Assembly (NCBI GenBank): GCA_951406725.2
Contig: OX597837.1
Coordinates: forward strand, 35,650,001 to 35,714,000
DNA: 64,000 bases
Source of the DNA: Octopus vulgaris
Taxonomy: Eukaryota
Direction: 5' to 3'
Position 1 is the first letter of the stretch. The number at the start of each line of letters is the position of its first letter. Of the stretch, positions 40,400-51,712 are shown in pieces. A model generated the notes under the pieces. The model ran no database searches and had not been told where the DNA came from. It saw nothing but the letters and a program-made list of their open reading frames with translations. Both the position numbers and the translations under genes were made by a program.

Positions 40400-40669
40400 T
40401 GCCTGCTTAAAACCCACACCATTGGCTCTCTCATTCTCTACCACTCTCTCTCTCCCCTCCCTCCTTCCTCCCACTCTCTATCAGTCTACTGGCACTCACA
40501 CACACACCTCCTCTTCCCTCCACATAACTCCTATCATCATCATCTTCACCAACAACTACAACTACGCCAACACCATCTTTTTCTCGTACGTTCAGGAGAC
40601 CAAACTTTTTTGAGAAGAGGAGGAACACGTGTTTTCCTCTCTCTCTCTCGCCTTAAACTAGCGGCTAAT

Positions 40670-40724
<55 letters not shown>

Positions 40725-40980
40725 CACATACACACACATATATATATATATATACACACGCAGACATACACGAATATATATTTTTATATACAGTTTTACG
40801 TGTTTTTTTTTACACTCCTCGTTTTGAATTATTTCTACCTCAATCGCATTTGTATCTTCAATATAGAACTCGGATCTTTTTATATACATATATATAATAT
40901 ATATATATATACACATATATATATCTACGTATGGGGGGAGGGCAACCGCCGCCGCCGTCTTCGCCTTCGCTGAAATAACA
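40400..40980 (+). promoter_or_regulatory. Candidate promoter and 5' UTR region
   Basis: Transposon-free and locally CpG-rich, with ATTGG near 40421, a CT-rich tract, Inr-like TCAGT at 40481 and donor ACA|GTAAGT at 40981. Inference only. Confidence 0.4.
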
Positions 40981-41076
40981 GTAAGTAGGAAACTGCTATC
41001 ATCGTAGTAACACCACTACGAAATAGCAGTGATACTAGTAAATACTAGTAAATAATATTTCGGTCCTTTACCTCAG
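40981..41076 (+). other. Candidate 96-nt 5' UTR intron
   Basis: Consensus donor GTAAGT and acceptor TTTCGGTCCTTTACCTCAG. Confidence 0.45.
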
Positions 41077-41627
41077 GAAGAAGAAGCAGAAAAAAACGAA
41101 CGGAAAAAGGGAAAACGAAAACAACAACAAAAAAAAAAGACAGAAGCAAACTTAAGGAAACTTTGGATAATTTGTTTTTTGGATAAGTTTTTTGGGTTTT
41201 ACATCAAGTTTGTGGAGTTTTGGTCTGAAAGAAACGGAGAATCACTTCGCCAAACTATTTATTTATTCGTTAATTTTGTTGTATTTTTTTTTTCCGCTTG
41301 TTGCTCTTGGCATCTGGCTATTTAACTATTGTGTGATGAGTTATCCTCTCCTCCACCTTTCGGTACCAACACCACCAGCACCACCACCATCGCGATTATT
41401 ACCATTTATTACTACTACTATTACGATTACTGCTGCTGCTGTATCTTCCTCTGACGCCGACGCCGACGCCGTTTCTTCGGCCTCTGCTGAAAAGTTCTTG
41501 CCATCTGCCAAAAAAAGAAGGGCTGCGTTGTCGAAGTCTTTGGCAGTGGCATTGTAGAAATAGCAGTAGTAGTAGTAGAAGAGGCAGTTGTTGCTGCTCT
41601 TGTGGTAGTAGTCGTCGTAGTAGTAGC

Positions 41628-41897
41628 ATGCAGCAGAGGCATGTGGTGACCAAAGTTGCTTCTGCCCAAGTTCTTTATTCCCGGTTGACTTTGTACTACA
41701 GCAGCAAACTTGACATCCATTGGCAGCGCTCCGTCCACTATTGTCCCGTCTGCGATGTACCCGAACTCAAGCAGCTCCAACTTACCTGTGGTGCCATACA
41801 CTACGGCTGGTGCACGCCGCCTCCCTTTCCTTCCAAATCAACTTTCGCATGCGAAAGTCCTCAAAAGAATACCAATGCCTCTCTTCCTAAACAGCAG
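41628..41897 (+). CDS. Candidate first coding exon of an unidentified host gene; frame uncertain
   Basis: Unique, higher-GC, CpG-rich sequence ending at CAG|GTACGT (41898). Two frames are open to the donor: ATG 41628 (MQQRHVV...LPKQQ, 90 codons, phase 0) and ATG 41755 (MYPNSSSS...RRLPFLP...FLNS, phase 2). No family recognised. Confidence 0.5.
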
Positions 41898-42381
41898 GTA
41901 CGTATCGAAATCCCTCTTTTGTGTGTGTGTGTGTTTTGGCGAGCAATAAGTTAGAGAGGTTGTCTACGTTTTGGACATGGAAATTCTTGGGAGTTCTTGT
42001 AATTTTTCCACTGGTTTTGTCCATTATTTAATTTAATCTGGTCTTATTTACCCCAGTTCGAATTCTGCCAAAACAACAGGTAGAGAATTGTCTTCGAAAG
42101 ATTCCCTTTTGTTTTTTTTTAAAAAAATTCCTTTTGACGATGAATTTTAAGTTTCAAAACTTGTTTGTTTCGACATGGGAATTTTTGGGAATTCTATATT
42201 TTCGTTTTGGCTGGTTTCCAACCATGCTGAGGCACCCTTTCGAGGTCAATGAAATAAGGACCAGTTACGCACTGATGTCGATGTAATCGACTAGTCTCCT
42301 TCCCCAAAATTTTCATGGCTTTTTGTCTTGAGTAGAAATGATAATAATAATAATAATTATTATTATTATACCAATAAACGA

Positions 42382-42438
<57 letters not shown>

Positions 42439-43590
42439 GCCCTATTTCTCCTGCCAAAACAACAGGTAGAGAGTTGTCTTCGAAAATTTCTCTTTCTTAA
42501 AAATCCTTCTTGCGATGAATTTGAAGTTTTAAAACTCGTTTTTGTTTGGACATGGAAATTCTTCGGAATCTGTTTTTTTTATTTATTTATTATTTTTTTT
42601 ACTGGTTTCCGACCATGCTGGGGCACTGCTTATAGTTCAGTTTTGTACATTGTCTGTTGTTGACCCTATTTATGTCAAGTTCAAATATAGCCAAGAATTA
42701 CCTTTGACACTTTCAAAACACCAGGTAGAGAATTGTTTTCGAAAGTTTTTTTCTTCTTTTCATCCGTTTTTAGCGACGAATTTTAAGTTCTAAAACTTGT
42801 GTTCGTTTGGACATAGAAATTCTTACGATTTCTTCAACTCGTTAACTGGCTTCAGCCCAAGCTGGAGCACTATTTTGCTTCTACGTTTTGTATATTTATT
42901 GTTGCCTTATTTACGTTCAAGTGCGAATGCAGCCGAGAATTACCTCTGATATTTTTTCAAAGCAGCAGGTACCGAATTGTCTTCGAAACTTCCGTTTTTT
43001 TTTGTTCATGTTTTAGCGAGAAATTTTAAGTTTTAAAAGTTATATTCGTTTAAACATCGAAATTCTTGGGAATTCTTCCACTTTTTGACCAGTTTCAGAC
43101 CATGCTACGACACTTGCTTCAGTCATGCTGGAAAACTACGTTCAGTTTAATATTGTTTTTGCGCTCCAGGTTCGAATCCAGTCAAGAATTATTAATGCCC
43201 CTCGTTCAAAGCAGCAGATACCGAATTGTTTTGAATTTTTTAATATTTCGCTTTTGTTTTTGGCGAGGGATTTGGAGTTTTAAAATTGTGTTCGTTTGGA
43301 CAACGAAATTCTTGAGAATTTTACTCTTTGACTAGTTTTCGCCCATACTGGAGCACTGCTTTCCAGATCAATATTTTAACATTTTTTAAAGATTCATGTC
43401 TTTAACTGGTTCCAGCTATTGCACTGCGCCCATGCAGGAGCACTGCTTTCATTTCACTGTTTTATACATTTATTGTTGTCCGTATTACATCCAGAGTTCA
43501 AATCCAGGCAAGGACTACTCTTTCAAAAAAAAAAAAAACAATAGGCTCATACGAAAATGTATTCGGGCGAGGAATTTTAACTTCTAATAT
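41850..43590 (+). repeat. Degenerate tandem array (~230-250-bp units) built from the exon end, the donor and the start of the intron
   Basis: Recurring CAG|GTA...TCGAAA...GCGA.GAATTTTAAGTT...TTTGGACATGGAAATTCTT...CTGGTTT at about 41890, 42070, 42460, 42720, 42960 and 43210, with a partial unit at 43500. Confidence 0.85.
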
Positions 43591-44479
43591 CTGTGATTAA
43601 TATGGCGAACTTACAGAATCGTAACCGCGCCGAGTGAAATGCTTAGCAGCTTTTCGACCGTCTTTATGTTCTGAGTTCAAATTCCAGCGAGGTCGACTTT
43701 GCCCTTCAGTTTTCCGTGATCAATAAAGTACCATTTGATTACCGTATGTGTGTGTGTGTGTGTGGGGGGGCGTTGAGTCGATGTGATCAACTTAACCTCT
43801 CTCATGACATTGCTGGCCTTGTGTCAAAACATTAACCGAAACCATTATTATTGACCAGGCTCCCGTTGGCTTTTATGGGTTTTTTTCCACCAGGAACCTT
43901 TCGTAACGCCTCCCCCTATTGGGAGTTTTTCGTTGTTATATTATTTGATTGTTACACTGTTTTTACAGGAAGTCCCCCCACTCACTAAATTTCAGACCTT
44001 CAGCCTGTAATAGAAACAGGAAGTAAGAGTGAGAGAAAATTGTGGTGAAAGAGTACAGCAGGGATCACCACCATCCCCTGCCGGAGCCTCGGACAAAATC
44101 CTTTGTAACTTTTCGTCCTGTTTTGTCCCTTTATGTTTTCTAATCATGTGTGTCAGCCCTTGTGGCCAATAAAAAGAATCAATTATTATTATTAAAGAAG
44201 GTGGTGAGCTGGCGGAATTGTTTGCACACCGGGCAAAAGACTCAACAGGGTTTCGTCTGCCTTTACGTACTGAGTTCAAATTCTGCTGGGGTCGATAAAA
44301 TAAGTACCAGTTAATTTCTAGGGTCGATCTGATCGACTTACCTGCTTCCCTGAAGTTTACTGGTCTTGTGCCAAAATTTGAAACCAGGATCTGTGGGGTT
44401 CCTTGATTAGCCCTACCTGGAGGTTTTTGCTCTATCAGGAAAACTGCATTGTAAAATGTGTTCACTTATTTTGTATACT

Positions 44480-44651
44480 CACTAGGGTAGCTAGAGGTAG
44501 GGGCGGTCCACCCCGGGTGGCACTTTTAAAGGGGCAGCACTTTTCATCCTGTTGTATGCTATTGCTGTAAGCAATATGTGTTTTTTGTGGGGTCCGGGGG
44601 CGACACACGGAAGGGCCGCCCTGGGTGGCACACACTTTAGCTACGCTAGTG
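44480..44651. mobile_element. Small GC-rich MITE
   Basis: TIR CACTAGGGTAGCTAGAG / CTTTAGCTACGCTAGTG with 2 mismatches. Confidence 0.7.
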
Positions 44652-44882
44652 TGTTTCATACATATACTTTTATCTCATTTCTTCTCCCCCCCCCCTTTCC
44701 ATTTCTTCCTCTCACCTTTTTTGCAACTTCTCCCCTCATAAATTGTGAACTCTCTTTCTATTACCCCTCTCATCTGATGTCCTTGTGGCAAATATTATAA
44801 TCATCATCAAAATTAATGTTATTTTCTCATTATCACAGGTTTCGTTGTTATTATTATTATTATTGTTATTATTATCATTATT

Positions 44883-45261
44883 AGTCAAGATGAAGAGCGC
44901 GATTCGAAATGGTCAAACTAAAGGGTCTGGCCCGGACATAAAAAATATTTTAGTGGTTGAACGATATTTCGGCGATCTTTCGTCTCTAGTAGACCTTTCC
45001 GCAAGCCCATATGTAAAAAAAAAAAAAAATTTTTACGGAAATCGACGGAAAGGTCTACTAGAGACGAAAGATTGCCGATATTTCAACAGTACGTGTCTTT
45101 GTCAAGTTCAAAATAAGAAGTGATAAAAATTCGAAATTCCTCTAAATTTGAACTTTTATCACCTTCTTATTTTGAACTTGACAAAGACAAGACTTACTGT
45201 GGAATTATCGTTCAACCAATAAAATATCTATTACAATCGAATCGCGCTTTTCGTCTCGACT
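44883..45261. mobile_element. Fold-back element with a nested 106-bp GG-ended mini-MITE (44971-45076)
   Basis: Outer arms 44883-44907/45237-45261, 44945-44966/45206-45227 and 45095-45135/45147-45188; GATATTTC duplicated at 44963 and 45077. Confidence 0.8.
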
Positions 45262-46040
45262 GTTTACCTTTGTGAAGAGTTACGTCAACCCTTTTAAAAA
45301 TATTATTATCATTATGACCGCCACCTGAGATGGACTGCATCGCTATTGGGGATTCTTATTATTTTTTCCAAATTCTATTGTTGTAATCCTTATTGTTGAA
45401 TCTCCCTTTGGTCGATGCAAACCCCAACGGCATCCCCAATCGTTGTGTGTTGCGTTTTGTCTTTTGGTGTAGTCCTCAATGTCTTGGGACCTTCTGGCCA
45501 ATGAAAAGAATTATTGTTATTCGAGCTGGCAGAATCGTTAGTACGCCGGGTAAAATGCTTAGCGGCATTTCGTCCGTCTTTACGTTCCGGGTTGAAATCC
45601 CCCCGAGGTCCACTTTGCTTTTCATCCTTCCGGGAAGCGATGAAATAAGGAATCTTTTCCTTTTGAACGGCACATGTCAACACAATTTCTAGTTAAACAC
45701 TTTTAAACTTCGTATACTGGTAGAATGTGTTTATAAAACATCATTTTTTTCTTGGCTTTATTGAGAAAATTCTATAGTTTGTAAGATATTTCGTCTGAAA
45801 TTTCGAGCATTTCGGGTCCGTGTAATCGATTAGTCCTCTACTCCCGCACAAAAATTGTGCCTATAATAGAAAGGATTGTTGATGCTGTTGTGTTCAGTTC
45901 AGATTCCACCGTGGTCGACTTGGCTTTCATCCTATCAGAGTCGATAAAAAAAAAAGTATCTGCCGAAAACTGGGATCGTTAGTAATCACCTCGTCCCCCC
46001 ACTCACTAAATTTCAGACCTTCAGCCTGTAATAGAATTAT

Positions 46041-46416
46041 TATTACTCCGTCTTAAGAGAAAGCGGGGGTATTGTTTTCGGTCGTGTTTGTTTGTTTGTC
46101 CGTCGACAAGATATCTCAAGAATCGCTGGATGGATTCGGATGAAACGAAACTTTCGGGCATGTTTGGCCTCGTGACTGACACGAACTGATTAGATTTTTT
46201 GGGATCGATCCGGTACCAGAAAAGGATTCTGGATTACTTTTCCTGTTTTTTTTTTTACTTAATTTTTGAGAGCAGTCGGGTTCATTTTCAGTATTCTCGT
46301 TTGTGAGAGCAATTGAGTTTATTTCGGATATTCCCATTTTAAAAATCATCTCCGGTTAATCATTGAGAGGACGTTGGTGTTGCCTTGGCAGAGGTTTGCA
46401 CGCTTTGAGTGCTCTC
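46041..46416 (+). mobile_element. Helentron-associated (HINE/DINE-like) non-autonomous element
   Basis: TTATTACTCCG...GGTATTGTTTT...(GTTT)n start and TTGGCAGAGGTTTGC..CT..GAGTGCT end. An inverted copy lies at 60058-60400 and an end fragment at ~25486-25555. Confidence 0.65.
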
Positions 46417-46887
46417 GATATTATTATTATTATTATTATTATTGAGTGAGAGAGCAGTGCATGCCATCAAAGTGACACTGAGGTAAAATATACGAAGCCC
46501 AATATACCCATCATGACTGACCCGTCTGATAAGGGTACACCAGGCACATGCATCACAACCATATGTGCGCGACATGGTGATCTCATAAGATAAACAGCTC
46601 ATGACCTTGCGGGTGGTTATTATTATTGGCTTTTGTAGGGTTTTTTCCACCAGGAACCTTTCGAGACGTCTCCCCCTTTTGGGAGTTTTTCATTGTTGAA
46701 TTTTATAAGTTGTTATAAAGATTTTTACTCGATGTTTTTAAAAAACGGCAAAACCCTTTGTAACCTTTCGTCCTGTCTTGTCCCTTTATGTAATCATGCG
46801 TGTCAGCCCTTGTGGCCAATAAAAAAGAATTGATTATTATTATTATTATTAATTTTCTCATCATTTCTTGTTGCTGCTCTTGTTATT

Positions 46888-47320
46888 CTGCCGAGGTAGA
46901 CTTTGCCTTTCATCTTTTCGGGGGGTCAATAAAATAAATACCAGTTGAGCACTGGAGTCGATATAATCGACTAGTTCCCCCCCACCACTAATTTCAGGCC
47001 TTGTGCCTATAGTAGGAATTCGCTACGTTCTGAGTTCAAATTCAGCCGAGGTCAGCTTTGCCTTTCATCCTTTCGAGGTCGATTAAATAAGTACCATTTA
47101 CGCACTGGGGTCGATGTAATCGACTAGTCCCCCTCCCCTCAAATTTCAGGCCTTGTGCCTATAGTAGGAATTCGCTACGTTCTGAGTTCAAATTCAGCCG
47201 AGGTCAGCTTTGCCTTTCATCCTTTCGAGGTCGATTAAATAAGTACCAGTTACGCACTGGGGTCGACGTAATCGACTAGTCCCCCTCCCCTCAAATCTCA
47301 AGCCTTCTGCTTATTGTAGA
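46888..47320 (+). mobile_element. SINE B headless tandem trimer (~151-bp period)
   Basis: GGAATTCGCTACGTTCTGAGTTCAAATTCAGCCGAGG occurs at ~47015 and ~47166. Confidence 0.85.
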
Positions 47321-47544
47321 AATAATAATAATAATTATTATTTGGATGTGCAGAATCGGTAGAAAGACGGACAGACTGCTTGCTTTGCCTCCTGCCTTTC
47401 GGAGGTTTAATGTAGTCGGTTACTGGCGTGGGTGGATAACCAAGTTTGGCTCTTTGGAAACTTACCTAAATATAATTATTGTGTCACAGAATTCGGTAAA
47501 TGTGGAACTGTTTTCGTTGTTTGTTATACCAAGACAACCTACTG

Positions 47545-47587
<43 letters not shown>

Positions 47588-47963
47588 CACAACATCCATG
47601 CTCATACGCAAACAACATAACTAGTTTGCGTTATAACAACATAACTAGTTATAATATTTGCAGGCATAACTACAGTTTGGTGCCCCAGCAATTTGTTCTT
47701 CATAACTTTTTGAAAAACTTATATTTTTAAATGAAATTTTGCAGGTATACGTTATCAAGTGCGTAGATTACGGTTATGTTGACAATATTTACAAAAAACA
47801 AAAGTATTATTGAGGTGTTTGAAATCGTTTCTTTCTCTCTTTCCCTCCTCCACCGTTTATTTTACCACCAGAGTCCATATTTTCTTTAGCATTAATTTTT
47901 TTATTTCCTTATTTTTATGTTCGAAACTTCTACGACACATAATCTACATTCCCGAATATATAT

Positions 47964-48195
47964 ATCATCATCGTTTAACGTCCGTTTTCCATGCTAGCAT
48001 GGGTTGGACGGTTCGGCCGGGGTCTGGGAAGCCAGGAGGCTGCACCAGGCTCCAATCTGATCTGGCAGTGTTTCTACAGCTGGATGCCCTTCCTAACGCC
48101 AACCACTCCGTGAGTGTAGTGGGTGCTTTTTACGTGCCACCGGAACAGGTGCCAGGGGAGGCTAGCAACGGCCACAATTTGTTGGTGTTTTTTAC
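47964..48195 (-). mobile_element. RTE 3' UTR and tail
   Basis: Matches 3490-3720. Confidence 0.85.
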
Positions 48196-48782
48196 GTTGG
48201 CTCGAAATTCTATAGAAAATCTGAAGAGAAACACTTAAGTGATTGAATTGCACTGCTAACAGAAAAGGACAATAATGGCTTAAAACCCTTTAAAACACTG
48301 TGGTTGCCAAGCAAAATATGGTGCTCCTACCAGCAATTGATATATAATGTGATGATATCTCCATCCTCTTCTCTGTCCCCTGTTCTTCCATCCTCCCTCC
48401 TTTCCCTAAAGTGTCCCCTCTATTCTTCTCATCACCCCCTCACCTAAACTCATCCCGTCCTCTCTTTCTCCTATTCCCTTTCAGTTATATAGGCAGCCCC
48501 TCAAGGCCCTGAAGGCAACCTTACAGGATGTTTTGGGTGCATTTTTCATGATTGGTGCACTAAGGAAAAAATGCGCCCAGTGCACTTTACAAAGTGGTTG
48601 GCATTAGGAAGGGCATCTGGCTGTAGAGGGAACCTTACCAAGCTGAATATTTGGAGTTTGGCACAGTTCTCTGGCTCATTGGATCCTGTTGAACTGTCAA
48701 CCAAACGCCAACATGGAGAGCCACATTTAAACAATAATGATGTGTGTGTGTGTATATATATATTTATACATACATATACACA

Positions 48783-49225
48783 GGCGCAGGAGTGGCTGTG
48801 TGGTAAGTAGCTTGTTTACCAACCACATGGTTCCGGGTTCAGTCCCACTGCGTGGCACCTTGGGCAAGTGTCTTCTACTATAGCCTCAGGCCGACCAAAG
48901 CCTTGTGAGTGGATTTGGAAACTGAAAGAAGCCTTGTGAGTGGATTTGGAAACTGAAAGAAGCCCATCACGTATATATGTATACATATATATATATATAT
49001 ATATGTATTTGTGTGTATGTTTGTGTGTCTGTGTTTGTCCCCCTAGCATTGCTTGACAACCGATGCTGGTGTGTTTATGTCCCCGTTACATAGCGGTTCG
49101 GCAAAAGAGACCGATAGAATAAGTACTGGGCTTACAAAAGAATAAGTCCCGAGGTCGAGTTGCTCGATTAAAGGCGGTGCTCCAGCATGGCCGCAGTCAA
49201 ATGACTGAAACAAGTAAAAAGCGAA
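48783..49225 (+). mobile_element. SINE family A with an internal 32-bp duplication
   Basis: Full-length match; GCCTTGTGAGTGGATTTGGAAACTGAAAGAA occurs twice. Confidence 0.9.
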
Positions 49226-50136
49226 AGGTATGTGTGTGTGTATATATACATACATATCCATATACCGGAGTAAGCACATAAATGTGAAACAAGGTGGAAA
49301 AAAGAGTACTCAAATACCTGAGGTAGAGTAATATGCTTTATTTAAAAGCAGCAGAAATATAATAAAACCTGTTACTCAGAGTTTCACGTTCCCGGGAACG
49401 TGAAACTCTGAGTAACAGGTTTTGTTATATTTCTGCTGCTTTTAAATAATACATATTTATATATATATATATATGTATGTATGTTACTAGACTCATTGTT
49501 ATAATAGAACTAAGATATAAATAAAAATATACATTGTGTGTCTGGGTATGCATACATTTCTTTGTTTTTATTTAAAGAATATTCTTTTTTTAACTCTTTT
49601 TTTTTTTTTTTCTTTTACATTTTCCAAACAAATAATTGAAAGTAATTCTGAAAATGAAGTCGACTTAATTGTTCTGTAAACTATACCACCATCATCATCA
49701 TCATTACCATAGTTACCACCATCATCATTATTATTTCATAGCTGTTCTTTCTGTTGCCTGCGTTGGACGAGTCGTGTCACTTGTTGCGGTTCACATCTTT
49801 TCTCTCTGTGAACTACATCAAAGTTAGCCAGTCAACCCCCCACGCATGCACACACACACATGTACACAAACTCTCACAGAACATTTAATAGAAGCACTGT
49901 TTTGCTATATTTGTGTCTGTGTGTATAAAGAAACACTATGTATGTGTGTGTATATATTTGTGGGTGTATATATATATGTGTGGGTGATGTTTTGTTCTAA
50001 TTATTATCAGGCATTTAAATAATTTTGAAAATGTATTTAACACACACACACACCCACCTTATATACATTTGTGTATATGTGTGTGTTGTGTGTATAATTA
50101 GGCAAGAGATGATGTATATATACATAGGTATATATA

Positions 50137-50299
50137 GGCATAGGAGTGGCTGTGTGGTTAGTAGCTTGCTTACCAACCACATGGTTCCAGGTTCATTCCC
50201 ACTGCGTGGCACCTCGGGCAAGTGTCTTCTACTATAGCCTCGGGCCGACCTAAGCCATGTGAGTGGATTTGGTAGACGGAAACTGAAAGAAGCCTGTCG

Positions 50300-50330
<31 letters not shown>

Positions 50331-51287
50331 GTATGTATGAGTGTGTGTATATGTTTGTGTGTCTGTGTTTGTCCCCCTAACATCGCTTGACAACCGATGC
50401 TGGTGTGTTTACGTCCCCGTAATTTAGCGGTTCGGCAAAGGAGACCGATAGAATAAGTACTAGGCTTACAAGAATAAGTCCTGGGGTCAATTTGCTCAAC
50501 TAAAGGTGGTGCTCCAGCATGGCCGCAGTAAAAAAAAGAGTAAAGAGTATCCATTGTCTGTGCTGGCATTAGTTGGCTGGTTTGACCAAGACTGGTAAAC
50601 TGCAGATCTACCCCAGACTTTGCCAAACTGTTGTGCTTGAGCAGAAGACCCACCAAACCAAGAGAAATCGTAGTTGTAGCAGATACTGGTGTTATGCAAC
50701 TGGCAGCCATGCTGGTGGTAGATAAAGGCACTCATATTACACTCTGTATAATGGTTGGCTTTAGGAAGGGCATCCAGCCGTAGAAACCATGGCAAATCAG
50801 ATTGAAGTCTGGGATAGATCTCTAGCTTACCAGTCTTGGTCAAACCATCCAGCTAATGCCAGCACAGACAATGGATACTCTTTACTCTTTTACTTGTTTC
50901 AGTCATTTGACTGTGGCCATGCTGGAGCACCGCCTTTAGTCGAGCAAATCAAACCCAGGACTTATTCTTTGCAAGCCTAGTACTTATTCTATCGGTCTCT
51001 TTTGCCAAACTGCTAAGTTACGGGACATAAACACACCAGCATCGGTTGTCAAGCGATGGTGGGGTGGGGTGGGGGGACCACAGACACACAAACGTATACA
51101 CACAAACACACACACACACACATATACATATATACGATGGGCTTCTTTCAGTTTCCGTCTACCAAATCCACTCACAAGGCTTTGGTTGGCCTGAGGGTAT
51201 AGTAGAAGACACTTGCCCAAGGTGCCACACAGTGGGACTGAACCTGGAACCATGTGGTTGGTAAGCAAGCTACTTACCACACAGCCA
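50137..51287. mobile_element. Inverted pair of SINE A copies (+ 50137-50547; - 50876-51287) around an RTE-tail fragment
   Basis: Family motifs in both orientations; the junction sequence is also inverted. Confidence 0.9.
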
Positions 51288-51494
51288 CGTTAAATTATGA
51301 TGATGATGAGTGGGAAATTCAACATTTTGGGCAGTCTTTCTTCAGGAAAAGAAGTTGGAGAGAAATTTATGAGAGACACCAGAATTTTAGATTCTCCAAG
51401 ACACAAAAAAATAGCTGCAGTTCAATACACCTTCATATGATAGGCATGTGGGTGCGTGTATGTCCTTGTCTTGATCTCGAGGGTCACTTTCATA

Positions 51495-51712
51495 TGTGCT
51501 TTTCAACCTTTTTGCTGGAGCGGTACCTCAAAGAAACATTCCACTGGCTCGAGGAACCCCTGTGCAATAATTTAATAGTCTTATGCACACATATCTGCAC
51601 AGGAGAATTAAAAATTACTGCCGATTTTAGCAGTTTCGTAACTTCTTGCGGAACCCCTGCACTGTACTGGCGGAACCCTAAGGTTCCGTGGAACCCTGGT
51701 TGAAAACCACTG
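51495..51712. mobile_element. hAT/Charlie-like MITE
   Basis: TG.TTTTCAACC ... GGTTGAAAACCACTG ends with repeated GGAACCC subterminal motifs. Confidence 0.65.

Noticed and set aside
41427-41801. Minus-strand 124-aa ORF as the real gene
   Set aside because: Non-ATG start and low-complexity second half; the UTR intron and terminal donor signals favour the + strand. Not fully excluded without stranded RNA data.
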